From contig JBGATO010000001.1 in the NCBI GenBank assembly GCA_044229145.1, positions 64,001-128,000 of the forward strand: DNA of 64,000 bases, read 5' to 3'. Below are positions 44,720 through 54,051 of the stretch, piece by piece. The position numbers and the translations under genes were made by a program. Origin of the DNA: Candidatus Eiseniibacteriota bacterium. GTDB taxonomy: Bacteria; Eisenbacteria; RBG-16-71-46; CAZEPH01. Position 1 is the first letter of the stretch. Each line of letters begins with the position of its first letter. A model generated the notes under the pieces. The model saw nothing but the letters and a program-made list of their open reading frames with translations, had not been told where the DNA came from and ran no database searches.

Positions 44720-44724
44720 GCTGG

Positions 44725-45363
44725 TCAGAATCCCACGGTGAGCGCGCACGCAACGCCGTCCGCCGCGGGATCGCGGCGTGGCTGCAGGCGCACCTCCACG
44801 GGTGCAAGTTCCTTTCCGAAAGTGAACAAGTGCGCGTCGACGTAGGCGTCGAGCATCGACACCAACGCCGCTCCGCAGTAGAACCACAGCGCCGCTTGGC
44901 GCGCGTCGATCGCTTGCGCCCGTGCCGTGGCGTCGGTGCGCGTGTGGGCCAGGTGATTCTGTGTCACGTACGCGCCGATCAGCGTGCCCTGCACGCCGAT
45001 CACCAGGCCCGCCTTGATCCACTGGTGGTTGTAGAGCTGTCCCCAGCCCGGCACCAGCAACGACCGCAGCATCACGCGGCCGGGCGCATCGCGGCCGATG
45101 CCGCCGGCCAGCGTGTCGCCCTCGGCGCCGCGCAGCGTGCGCTTCGGCGCCTTGACTGACGCCGGCGTGGCGAGCGCACTGTCGGCCACCACCGTGCGCA
45201 CGGTGCTGTCGCCATCGACGCGGGTGGTGACGGTGGCGCGCGGCGCGGCCAGGCTATCGCGCGGCGCCGGCTGCGCGTGCGCGGCGCCGGCCAGGACGAT
45301 GAGTGCGACGAGGAGCGCTGCCGCGATCCCGCGATGGCGGGAACGTGTGGGAATCGAACCCAC
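44725..45363 (-). CDS. DUF5683-like membrane/exported protein; nearest in-frame start lies in the tRNA-Sec T-arm
   Basis: [12 protein letters not shown]...DAYVDAHL. Signal peptide [17 protein letters not shown]. Confidence 0.7.
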   Translation of the reverse strand: MGSIPTRSRHRGIAAALLVALIVLAGAAHAQPAPRDSLAAPRATVTTRVDGDSTVRTVVADSALATPASVKAPKRTLRGAEGDTLAGGIGRDAPGRVMLRSLLVPGWGQLYNHQWIKAGLVIGVQGTLIGAYVTQNHLAHTRTDATARAQAIDARQAALWFYCGAALVSMLDAYVDAHLFTFGKELAPVEVRLQPRRDPAADGVACALTVGF

Positions 45364-45432
45364 CCCGGACGCGCTAGACGCCCAGCAGAAGGATTTGAAG
45401 TCCTCGAGGTCCACCAGAACCCATCCGCTCCC
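45335..45432 (-). tRNA. selC: tRNA-Sec (UCA)
   Basis: 98 nt, GAGGA-CTTCAAA-TCCTT anticodon arm, long variable arm, TTCGATT T-loop, GCCA end. Adjacent to selD. Confidence 0.93.
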
Positions 45433-45516
45433 TCGCCTCATGCGCCAGCCCGCCAGGCCGGCGCGCAAGCCGTGGAGCATAGCGAACGCGGCGCAAGGCG
45501 TCGAGGCCGCACTTCC

Positions 45517-46614
45517 CTAGCCGACGACCACAGGAGCGGCGCCGGACGCCTCGACCACCCCCACCTCCACCGCCTTCACCCCGCCCGCCGCGCAGCGCTT
45601 CACGAACCCGGCGACACGCCGCGGCGGCACCGCCGCCAGAATCCCGCCACTCGTCTGCGGATCGAACACCACCGCCGCCTTCCACGCCGGCACCCGCGGG
45701 TCGATGTGGACGTGCGGCCCATAGTACTCGCGGTTCGTCGACAGCCCGCCGGGATGGAAGCCGGTGCGCGACGCCTTCTCGACACCGGGCAAGAGCGGCA
45801 GCGCCTTCGCCACGAACCGCAGCGTGATGTCGCGCGGTCCGTCGACACCACCCGCCATGTTGAGCGCATGCCCCGCGAGGGCGAAGCCGGTGACATCGGT
45901 GGCCGCCGTCGCCCCGCTCGCGCCGAGCGCGCGCCCCGCCACCTTGTTCAAGCGCAGCAAGCTCTCCGTCAGCGTCCGCGCGTGCGCCGCCGACAAGCAC
46001 GCGTTCTTGAGCGCGGTCGACAGGATGCCGGTGCCGAGCGGTTTGGTGAGCAGCAGCACGTCGCCGGGCCGCGCGCCGCGCGCCGTGACGACGCGCGCTG
46101 GATCGACCACGCCGGTGACCGCGAAGCCGAACTTGAGTTCGGGATCGCGCACCGAGTGGCCGCCGACCAACAGGCAGCCGGCCTCCGCGAGCTTCGCGCC
46201 GGCGCCGCGCGCCATCTCGGCGAGCGTGCCGGGCGGCAACTCGTCCGGCTGCGCGCACAAAATGCTCAGCGCGGTGCGCGGCTCACCGCCCATCGCGTAG
46301 ACGTCGGAGAGCGCGTTGGCCGCGGCGATGGCGCCGAACGCGGACGGGTCGTCCACCACCGGCGTGAAGAAGTCGACGGTGTGGATGAGCGCGACGTGAT
46401 CGCAGACGCGATACACGGCCGCGTCGTCCCCCGCCTCGACGCCGACGAGCAGTCGAGGATCGCGCGGAGCCGCCGGCAAGGCGGCAAGGAAGGAACTCAG
46501 GTCCGCCGGACCGAGCTTTGCCGCTCAACCCGCGCAGCTCACCTTGTCGGTGAGCCGGAAGATCTCGCCGCGGGTGCGAGTCCGCGGTCGTCGCGAGGAA
46601 CCGGGCGCGGTCAT
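45517..46614 (-). CDS. selD: Selenide, water dikinase; selenoprotein with in-frame UGA at 46525-46527
   Basis: LTDKVSCAG-U-AAKLGP, DDAAVY, TVDFFTPVVDDP, GGHS, TDVTGF, DPQTSGG. Confidence 0.94.
46496..46515 (-). promoter_or_regulatory. Putative bacterial SECIS hairpin of selD
   Basis: CTC-GGTCC-GGC-GGACC-T-GAG starting about 10 nt after the in-frame UGA. Confidence 0.65.
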
Positions 46615-46648
46615 GGGTGCGCTCCGTGGGTCCGGGGGGACGCCGAGC

Positions 46649-47077
46649 TTACTTGAAGTGCGTGAACCAGTGCGGCCCGTTGACCGGGCCCTGCGTGCGC
46701 AGCGCGATCGCGTCGATCTCGACCAGCGCACCCTTCGGCAGGCCGACTACCGCGACAGTCGAACGCGTCGGCAGCGTGTCGGCGAAGAACTCCGCGTAGA
46801 CGGCGTTCATCGCCGCGAAGTCGTCCATCGTCGTCAGATAGACGGTGGTGCGCACGATCTCGTTCATCGTCGACCCGGCCGCCGCCAGCACGTTCTGCAA
46901 GTTGGTGAGAGCTTGCCGCGTCTGCTCCGCCACGCCGCCGGCCACCAGTTCGCCGGTCGCGGGCACCAGGCCCACTTGCCCGCTGGTGAAAATCATTTCG
47001 CCCTGGGCGATGAGTCCCTGGCTGTACGGGCCGATGACTTTCGGCGCGTCGTCAGTCTGAATTGCACGCGAGGCCAT
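46649..47077 (-). CDS. ridA: RidA/YjgF-family enamine deaminase
   Basis: APKVIGPYSQG, SGQV, MNAVY, PTRSTV, LPKGALVEID. Confidence 0.92.
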   Translation of the reverse strand: MASRAIQTDDAPKVIGPYSQGLIAQGEMIFTSGQVGLVPATGELVAGGVAEQTRQALTNLQNVLAAAGSTMNEIVRTTVYLTTMDDFAAMNAVYAEFFADTLPTRSTVAVVGLPKGALVEIDAIALRTQGPVNGPHWFTHFK

Positions 47078-47081
47078 TCGC

Positions 47082-48941
47082 TTACTCCACGGTCACGGAC
47101 TTGGCGAGGTTGCGCGGCTGGTCGACGTCGCATCCTCGCAGAACGGCGATGTGATATGCCAACAACTGCAACGGCAGCACGGTCAGGAGCGGCGTCAGCA
47201 TCTCGAGCGTCTCCGGCACGTAGAGCACGTGGTCGGCGAGCGTCTTGACGTGGGTGTCGCCCTCGGTGGCCACCGCGATGATGCGGCCGCCACGCGCCCG
47301 CACCTGTTCCATGTTGTTCAGCACCTTGCTGTACGCACTGTCCTTGGTGCAGATGATCACCGCCGGCATGTTCTCGTCGATGAGCGCGATCGGCCCATGC
47401 TTCATCTCGGCCGCCGGGTAGCCCTCGGCGTGGATGTACGAGATTTCCTTCAGCTTCAGCGCGCCCTCGAGCGCCACCGGGAAATTGTAGCCGCGGCCCA
47501 AGTACAGGAAGTTGGTGTGGTGCGCGTACGCCTTGGCGATCTCGAGCACCGCGTCGCTGTGTTCGAGGATCTGGCGCATCTTGCCGGGGATCGCCTGCAG
47601 CTCGCGCGCGATCGCGATGCCGGTCTCCTCGCGCATCGGGCCGATGCGGCCCAGACGCAGCGCGAGCAGCGCCAGCGTCGCCACTTGCGAGGTGAACGCC
47701 TTGGTCGACGCGACGCCGATCTCGGGGCCGGCGTGAATGTAGATGCCGCCGTCCGATTGCCGCGCGATCGTCGATCCGACCACGTTCACGATGCCGAGCG
47801 CCTTCGCGCCCTTGGCCTGCGCTTCGCGCATGGCGGCGAGCGTGTCCGCGGTTTCACCCGACTGCGAGATGACGACGACGACGGTGCCGGGCCGCACGAC
47901 CGGATCGCGGTAGCGGAACTCGCTCGCGTACTCGACTTCGACCGGCAGGCGCGCGTGCTCCTCGATCATGTACTCGCCGATCATGCCGGCGTGCCACGAG
48001 GTGCCGCAGGCGGTAAAGATCAAGCGGTCGACCTGCGCGAGGTCGTGGTCGGTCATGTTGAGGCCGCCGAGTTTGGCGCGGCCTTCGTCGATCTGCAGGC
48101 GGCCGCGGATCGCATTCTGGATGCAGTCCGGCTGCTCGTAGATCTCTTTGAGCATGAAGTGCGGGTGGCCGCCCTTCTCGATGGTCGCGAGGTCGCCGCT
48201 GACTTCGTGCACCGGCTTGGCGATCTGCTCCTGGCGCAGGTTGAGCGTCTTGTAGCTGTCGCGCGTGAGGCTCGCGACTTCGCCGTCGTCGAGGTAGACG
48301 ACCTTGGCGGTGTGCGCGCGAATCGCCGCGGCGTCGCTCGCCAGGAAGTGCTCGCCCTGGCCGATGCCCACCATGAGCGGCGAGCCATTGCGCGCGCCCA
48401 CCAGGCTGTTCGGTTCGTCGGCGCTGATCACCGCGAGGCCGTAGGTGCCGTCGACGAGACACAACGCCTGAATGACGGCTTCCTCGAGCGAGCCCTTATA
48501 CAGCTTCTCGATCAGGTGCGCGAGGATCTCGGTGTCGGTGTCGGTCTGCATGACGTGGCCTTCGGCGACCAACATGCGCTTGAGCGATTCGAAGTTCTCG
48601 ATGATGCCGTTGTGCACCACGGCGATCTTGCCGGTGCAGTCGGTGTGCGGGTGCGCGTTGGTGTCGTTCGGCACACCGTGGGTCGCCCAGCGCGTGTGGC
48701 CGATGCCGGTGGTGCCGTGGAAGAGGATGTGCGAGCCGTTGCCGTTCGGCGCTTGCCGTTCGGCCTCCACCGCGCCCTCGAGCTGGCCGATCTTACCGGC
48801 CTTCTTGCGAATCGCCAGGTGCTGATCCTCGAGCACGGCGACGCCGGCCGAGTCGTACCCGCGATATTCGAGGCGGCGCAGCCCTTCGAGCAGAATGGGC
48901 AGCGAATCACGCTGGCCGAGATAGCCGACGATGCCACACAT
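47082..48941 (-). CDS. glmS: Glutamine-fructose-6-phosphate aminotransferase
   Basis: MCGIVGY, GHTRWATHG, SQSGETADT, PRNLAKSVTVE. Confidence 0.97.
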   Translation of the reverse strand: MCGIVGYLGQRDSLPILLEGLRRLEYRGYDSAGVAVLEDQHLAIRKKAGKIGQLEGAVEAERQAPNGNGSHILFHGTTGIGHTRWATHGVPNDTNAHPHTDCTGKIAVVHNGIIENFESLKRMLVAEGHVMQTDTDTEILAHLIEKLYKGSLEEAVIQALCLVDGTYGLAVISADEPNSLVGARNGSPLMVGIGQGEHFLASDAAAIRAHTAKVVYLDDGEVASLTRDSYKTLNLRQEQIAKPVHEVSGDLATIEKGGHPHFMLKEIYEQPDCIQNAIRGRLQIDEGRAKLGGLNMTDHDLAQVDRLIFTACGTSWHAGMIGEYMIEEHARLPVEVEYASEFRYRDPVVRPGTVVVVISQSGETADTLAAMREAQAKGAKALGIVNVVGSTIARQSDGGIYIHAGPEIGVASTKAFTSQVATLALLALRLGRIGPMREETGIAIARELQAIPGKMRQILEHSDAVLEIAKAYAHHTNFLYLGRGYNFPVALEGALKLKEISYIHAEGYPAAEMKHGPIALIDENMPAVIICTKDSAYSKVLNNMEQVRARGGRIIAVATEGDTHVKTLADHVLYVPETLEMLTPLLTVLPLQLLAYHIAVLRGCDVDQPRNLAKSVTVE

Positions 48942-48969
48942 GGGTTCGGCGATTCCTCCTGGGAAACGG

Positions 48970-50343
48970 CTACGACGCGGCGGCCAGCGCGCGATCCGCG
49001 AGCTGGCACAAGGCGTCGACGTCGGCGGCGCTGGTGCCTTCGGCGATGACACGCACCACCGGCTCGGTGCCGGACGGGCGCACGTGCACCCAGCCGCGCT
49101 CGGTGTCGACGCGGACCCCGTCGGCGCGATCGATGCGCGCCGTCGGCGTCTCCTGCGCGAAGGCCGCCGCCACCGCGTCGGCGGCGAACGGCGCCGCGCC
49201 GGCGGGACGCGCGATCTTGCGCTTGGCCATTGTATAGCGCGGCAGCGATTGCACCAGCGCGGCGAACGATCCGCTCGAGCGGGCCACGTGGGACAACACG
49301 AGTCCAATCCCCACCGCCGCGTCGCGCCCGTAGTGCAGCGCCGGGTAGATGACGCCGCCGTTGCCCTCGCCGCCGATGATGGCGCCGCAGGCCTTCATGC
49401 CGGTCACCACATTGGCCTCACCCACCGGCGTGCGCGTCACCGCGACGCCGTAGCGCTGGGCGACATCGTCCACGCCTCGCGTGGTGCTGAGGTTGGTGGC
49501 CACCGGGCCGGGCGTCCGCGAGAGCACCGCGTCGCAGGCGAGCACCAGCGTCATCTCCTCGCCCAGCGGAACGCCATCGGGCCCGACGATCGCCAGGCGG
49601 TCGGCGTCCGGGTCGTGCGCGAGGCCGCACGCGGCGCCGGTTGCCACGACGCGTTCGGACAGCGCGGTGAGGTTCTCCGGCAGCGGTTCGGCGCCGCGCG
49701 GGAAGATGCCGTTGGGCTCGCAGTAGAGCAGCTCGACCTCGCAGCCGAGCCGTTCGAGCAGCTGCGGCGACGAGGTCGCGCCGGCACCATTCACACAGTC
49801 GAGCACCACGCGCGGCTTCCACGCGCGCACCGCCTCGACGTCGACGAGATCGAGCGCCAGAACCGCGTCGATGTAGCGCGCGATGGCATCGTGGGAGGCG
49901 CGCGCGCGGCCGATGCGCTCGGCGGGCACCCAGGCGTGGTCGCCCTCGGCCTCGCGCTGCACCAGCGCGGCGAGTTCCGCGATGCGCGCCGCCGGCAGGA
50001 AGAGTCCATCGCCGCCGACGAACTTCAGCGCGTTCCACGGGAACGGATTGTGGGAGGCGGTGACGCACAGACCGCCCACCGCGTCGGAGTTCTCGACCGC
50101 GTACTGGATGGCCGGGGTGGCGGCGATCCCGAGGTCCACGACGTCGCAGCCCACCGCGGTGAGCGCGCCGGTGACGGTGGCCTGCACCATGTCGCCCGAG
50201 GGACGCGTGTCACGGCCGATGGCGATCGGGCCGGGCCCCACGAGACGGCCGAAGGCGGCCGCGTAGCGCGCGAGGAGGTCAGGGGTCAGCGACGAGCCGA
50301 CGACACCGCGCAAGCCCGAGACGCTGAACAGCAAATCGCTCAT
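48970..50343 (-). CDS. glmM: Phosphoglucosamine mutase / phosphohexomutase
   Basis: TASHNP, DPDADR, GEGNGG, RPSGTEP. Directly upstream of glmS. Confidence 0.88.
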   Translation of the reverse strand: MSDLLFSVSGLRGVVGSSLTPDLLARYAAAFGRLVGPGPIAIGRDTRPSGDMVQATVTGALTAVGCDVVDLGIAATPAIQYAVENSDAVGGLCVTASHNPFPWNALKFVGGDGLFLPAARIAELAALVQREAEGDHAWVPAERIGRARASHDAIARYIDAVLALDLVDVEAVRAWKPRVVLDCVNGAGATSSPQLLERLGCEVELLYCEPNGIFPRGAEPLPENLTALSERVVATGAACGLAHDPDADRLAIVGPDGVPLGEEMTLVLACDAVLSRTPGPVATNLSTTRGVDDVAQRYGVAVTRTPVGEANVVTGMKACGAIIGGEGNGGVIYPALHYGRDAAVGIGLVLSHVARSSGSFAALVQSLPRYTMAKRKIARPAGAAPFAADAVAAAFAQETPTARIDRADGVRVDTERGWVHVRPSGTEPVVRVIAEGTSAADVDALCQLADRALAAAS

Positions 50344-50456
50344 GCACATCTCCGCCGGAAAACTGTCGGTCCCGGCCCGGGGTGGTCGCCGAGATCGACG
50401 CGGCCCGCACCGCCGGACAGCGAAAATGCGGGCGGGGCGCCTGGGCCAGGGCGGGA

Positions 50457-50532
50457 TGGAGCTGGTGCGCGGAATCGAACCGCGGACCTACGCATTACGA
50501 GTGCGTCGCTCTACCATCTGAGCTACACCAGC
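50457..50532 (-). tRNA. tRNA-Thr(CGT)
   Basis: GCTGGTG acceptor stem, ACGCA-CTCGTAA-TGCGT anticodon arm, TCCA end, 76 nt. Confidence 0.94.
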
Positions 50533-50694
50533 TTCGAAACACCATCGCGTTGCACGTGGGATCAACGCGAAACGCACGCGCCGGACGCCGGCGCGAGGAC
50601 GTCGACATGTCATCGGCCGCCGCAAAGCGCGGGGCCACATAGTCCGCATTGGCGCCCGGTGCGTCAAGCGAAAATCCGCCCCGCCGGGCGTTGC

Positions 50695-50723
50695 TTGACG
50701 CTGGTGGTCCCCGCGCGTACCGT
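50695..50723 (+). promoter_or_regulatory. Sigma70-type promoter for the DUF3467-GH57-GNAT-CysRS-like unit
   Basis: TTGACG-N17-TACCGT. Confidence 0.5.
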
Positions 50724-50754
50724 CTGCCCACATCGCATTCGTCGGAGGAACTTG

Positions 50755-51087
50755 ATGGTCACGCCGTCGTCCGGCGGCGCCCCGGTGGGCGCCCCGCCCC
50801 AGCAGCAGATCAGCATCGAACTGGGCGAGAAGGAAGCCGAGGGCATCTACTCGAATCTCGCGCTCATTTCCCACTCGTCGTCCGAGGTCATCATCGATTT
50901 CGCGCGCGTGCTGCCCGGGACGCCGAAGAGCAAGGTGTACGCGCGCATCGTGATGACACCGACCCACGCCAAGTCGCTGCTCCAGGCCCTCGAGGGCAAC
51001 CTCAAGGCCTACGAGACTACTCACGGCAAGATTCGCACGGTGCCGGGCGACGAAGGCAAGGAAATCGGGTTCCAGCCCACGAGCTAG
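50755..51087 (+). CDS. DUF3467-family protein
   Basis: QISIEL...AEGIYSNLALISHSSSEVIIDF...ARIVMTPTHAKSLL. Confidence 0.85.
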   Translation: MVTPSSGGAPVGAPPQQQISIELGEKEAEGIYSNLALISHSSSEVIIDFARVLPGTPKSKVYARIVMTPTHAKSLLQALEGNLKAYETTHGKIRTVPGDEGKEIGFQPTS

Positions 51088-51142
51088 CGGCCTGCGGCCG
51101 CGCCACTCCCTCACGGCCATTGGCAAGGACACGCGCACCGTC

Positions 51143-52909
51143 ATGATCGGAACGCTCTGCTTCGTGCTGCACTCCCACATTCCCTACGTGCTCGGCCACG
51201 GACGCTGGCCGCACGGGGTGGACTGGCTCCACGAAGCTGTCGCCGAAACCTACCTGCCGCTCCTGCGCGCCTGCGAGCAGTTGATGGCCGACGGCATCGC
51301 GCCGCGCCTCACCTTCAGCGTGACGCCGGTACTCGCCGAGCAGCTCACCGATCCGCGCTATCCCGACGAGTTCGAGACCTACCTCGCGGTGAAGCGCGAG
51401 GCCGCCGCCGCGGACGAGACGACCTTCCGCCGCACCGGCAATCCGCGCCGCGCCGCGATGGCCGCGCACTGGGCGCGCTTCTACGCACAAGCGCTCCACG
51501 ACTTCCGCGACCGCTACGGCGAAGACGTCGTCACCGGCTTCCGCCTGCTCCAGAACCGCGGCGCCATCGAGATCATCACGTCGGGCGCCACGCACGGCTA
51601 TCTCCCGCTGCTCGGCAGCCAAGCAAGTGCCGAAGCGCAGATCAAGCAGGGCGTGAAGGCGTACCACCGTCAATTCGGCCGCGCCCCGCGTGGCATCTGG
51701 CTCCCTGAGTGCGCCTACCGGCCGCGCGGCGCCTGGACGTCGCCGGTGGACGCCGCGCACCACGACGACGATCGCGCCGGGGTCGAGGAGATGCTCGCCG
51801 CCCAAGGCATCCGCTACTTCGTCGCCGACTCGCACTTGATCCAGGGCGGCAAGCCGCTCGGCGTCTATCGCGTCTTCGGCCACGGACCGGCGCTGCACTT
51901 CACCGACGACCACGTCTTCCCCGAACGCGCGAACTCGGTGCACGCGGCGTGGGCGGTGGGCACGGCGGGCGCTCCGGCCGAACGCGCACCGGTCGCCGTC
52001 GTCGCGCGCGATCCCGGCACCGCCGTCATGGTGTGGAGCGCCGACGTCGGCTATCCCGGCGACGGCGCGTACCTCGAGTTCCACAAGAAGCACCACCCCG
52101 GCGGCCTGCGCTACTGGCGCGTGACCTCACGCGACGCCGACCTCGGCGACAAGGACTCCTACGAGCCGGAACGCGCCGCCGAGCGCATCCGCGCCCACGC
52201 CGAACACTTCGTCGCGACGGTCAAGGAGACGCTCGCCAAGCAGCACGCCGCCACCGGCGAGCCGGGATTGCTGCTCGCGCCGTTCGACAGCGAACTGTTC
52301 GGGCATTGGTGGTTCGAAGGTCCGGATTTCCTCGCGCAGGTGATTCGCCTGCTGCATCAAGACGGCGACGTGAAGGTGGCGACGGTGAGCGAGTACCTCG
52401 ACGCGCACGGCACCGCGGGCACCCTGCAGTTGCCCGAGGGAAGCTGGGGCGCCGGCGGCCACCACCACGTGTGGCTCAACGACGACACGCAGTGGACGTG
52501 GCGCCACATCCACGCCGCGGAGGCGACGCTCGCCGAGCTCGCGCGCGAGGCACTGCAGAACGGCGATCCGCTGCTCGAGCGCGTGGTGCGGCAAGCAGCG
52601 CGTGAGTTGCTGCTCTTGCAGGCGAGCGACTGGCAGTTCCTCATCACGACGTGGAGCGCCCGCGACTACGCCGAAATGCGCGTCGCCGAACATGTCGAAG
52701 CGTTCGAGCGATTGGTGGCGATCGCCCGCGAGCGCCTCGCCTCCACCGGCGCCGAAGAGATCCACACGCCGGGCGATCAGCCGTCGTTCCGCCGCCAGCG
52801 CTTGTTGGCGGAGGACGACCGCCTGGCACTCGAAGCGCTCGAATTCCAAGACCGCCTCTTCCCGGACCTCGATCTGTCCTGGTGGGCGTCGATTCCCGAA
52901 CGCGTGTAG
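51143..52909 (+). CDS. GH57 1,4-alpha-glucan branching enzyme (with DUF1957 domain)
   Basis: LHSHIPYV, ETYLPLL, THGYLP, GIWLPECAY, DSELFGHWWFEG, LLLQASDWQF. Confidence 0.9.
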   Translation: MIGTLCFVLHSHIPYVLGHGRWPHGVDWLHEAVAETYLPLLRACEQLMADGIAPRLTFSVTPVLAEQLTDPRYPDEFETYLAVKREAAAADETTFRRTGNPRRAAMAAHWARFYAQALHDFRDRYGEDVVTGFRLLQNRGAIEIITSGATHGYLPLLGSQASAEAQIKQGVKAYHRQFGRAPRGIWLPECAYRPRGAWTSPVDAAHHDDDRAGVEEMLAAQGIRYFVADSHLIQGGKPLGVYRVFGHGPALHFTDDHVFPERANSVHAAWAVGTAGAPAERAPVAVVARDPGTAVMVWSADVGYPGDGAYLEFHKKHHPGGLRYWRVTSRDADLGDKDSYEPERAAERIRAHAEHFVATVKETLAKQHAATGEPGLLLAPFDSELFGHWWFEGPDFLAQVIRLLHQDGDVKVATVSEYLDAHGTAGTLQLPEGSWGAGGHHHVWLNDDTQWTWRHIHAAEATLAELAREALQNGDPLLERVVRQAARELLLLQASDWQFLITTWSARDYAEMRVAEHVEAFERLVAIARERLASTGAEEIHTPGDQPSFRRQRLLAEDDRLALEALEFQDRLFPDLDLSWWASIPERV

Positions 52910-52930
52910 ACCCGAGGCGACGACGGCGCG

Positions 52931-53140
52931 ATGGACGCGACCTTCCGATTGCAGTGCAAGGAGTGCACGCGCTGGTACGGCGCCGAAGACGACGAGATCG
53001 GCCCGTGCATGATCAAACACGCGCGCGGCGAGGCGCGGCACCTGACGCACGGATCCTACGAGTGCGACGAGCCGGAGAATCTCGCGCAGTACGCCGCCCG
53101 CGCCGCCGGTGGTGAGGACCCGGACGCGCCCTCCGCATGA
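52931..53140 (+). CDS. Small 4-Cys protein (C-x2-C-x13-C-x18-C), possible Zn or Fe-S binding
   Basis: 69-aa ORF filling the gap, with its stop ATGA-coupled to the GNAT start. Confidence 0.65.
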   Translation: MDATFRLQCKECTRWYGAEDDEIGPCMIKHARGEARHLTHGSYECDEPENLAQYAARAAGGEDPDAPSA

Positions 53141-53994
53141 TCGTTCGTCCCGCCACTGACAGTGACCTGCCTCGCCTGCGTGCTCTCACCGACAGCGAGG
53201 GTTGGGGCTACGAGGAGCCCGATCTGCGGCGGCTCCTGGCTCTGTGCCGCGACGGCTTCTTGGTGGCCTGCGACGACACCGGCTCGGTGGCCGCGACGCT
53301 GAGCACCCTTCCCTACGCCGGCGCGGCGTGGATCGGCAACGTGGTGGTGGACAGCTCACTGCGCGGGAAGGGCGTCGGCCGCGTCTTGATGGACGCGGCG
53401 CACGCCTTCTGCGACCGGCACCGCCTTGCCCACGTCTACCTCGACGCGTACCCGCCGGCCATCGGCTTCTATCGCGCCCTCGGCTATCAGGACGATGGGG
53501 AGACGCACCGCTGGTCCCTCACCGTGGCGCACGGGCAGGCGGTGTCCCGCCCCGGGACCTACGAACTGGCGCCCGGCGACCTGGATGCCCTGACCGCCGC
53601 GGACGCGGACGTGTTGGACCACAACGGCGCCACGCACCGACGCTCGCTTCTCGGACATCTCATGCGGGATTATCCGGGATGGGCGCTCGGCCTCCGCGAC
53701 GACGCGGGGCAGCTTGCGGCGTGGGGCCTCGCCCGGCCGGGATCGACCTCCTCCGAACTCGGCCCCATCGGTGGCGCTCCGGACGCCGCCGCTCTTCTCG
53801 GCGACACGCTGCTGTCGCGCCTCGAAGGCCGTGCGGTGGAGCTCAGCGTCCCCGCCGCCAATCCGCACGCCGAACGCTGGCTCGTCTCGCACGGGTTCGA
53901 TCGCATCGGCTGGCATCTGCGGATGTATCGCGGTGCCCGGCTGCATTGGGATCGCGAGCGTCTGTGGGCGCTCGGCGGACTCGAGAAGGGCTAG
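53137..53994 (+). CDS. Tandem GNAT-family N-acetyltransferase (YitH-like)
   Basis: VVDSSLRGKGVG acetyl-CoA motif and FYRALGY, then a second degenerate GNAT domain (LGPI...SHGF). Confidence 0.85.
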   Translation: MIVRPATDSDLPRLRALTDSEGWGYEEPDLRRLLALCRDGFLVACDDTGSVAATLSTLPYAGAAWIGNVVVDSSLRGKGVGRVLMDAAHAFCDRHRLAHVYLDAYPPAIGFYRALGYQDDGETHRWSLTVAHGQAVSRPGTYELAPGDLDALTAADADVLDHNGATHRRSLLGHLMRDYPGWALGLRDDAGQLAAWGLARPGSTSSELGPIGGAPDAAALLGDTLLSRLEGRAVELSVPAANPHAERWLVSHGFDRIGWHLRMYRGARLHWDRERLWALGGLEKG

Positions 53995-54051
53995 TTCCGT
54001 CACCGCGCGTGGACACGGAGTCCGCGCGCCGCTCGCATCGTCGGAGGAGAC

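Noticed and set aside
46525..46527. Genome-wide UGA reassignment
   Set aside because: TGA terminates many genes here (tsf, recJ, dnaG, grpE). Read-through is specific to selD.
48942..48969. glmS ribozyme
   Set aside because: Only 28 nt separate glmM and glmS, which leaves no room.
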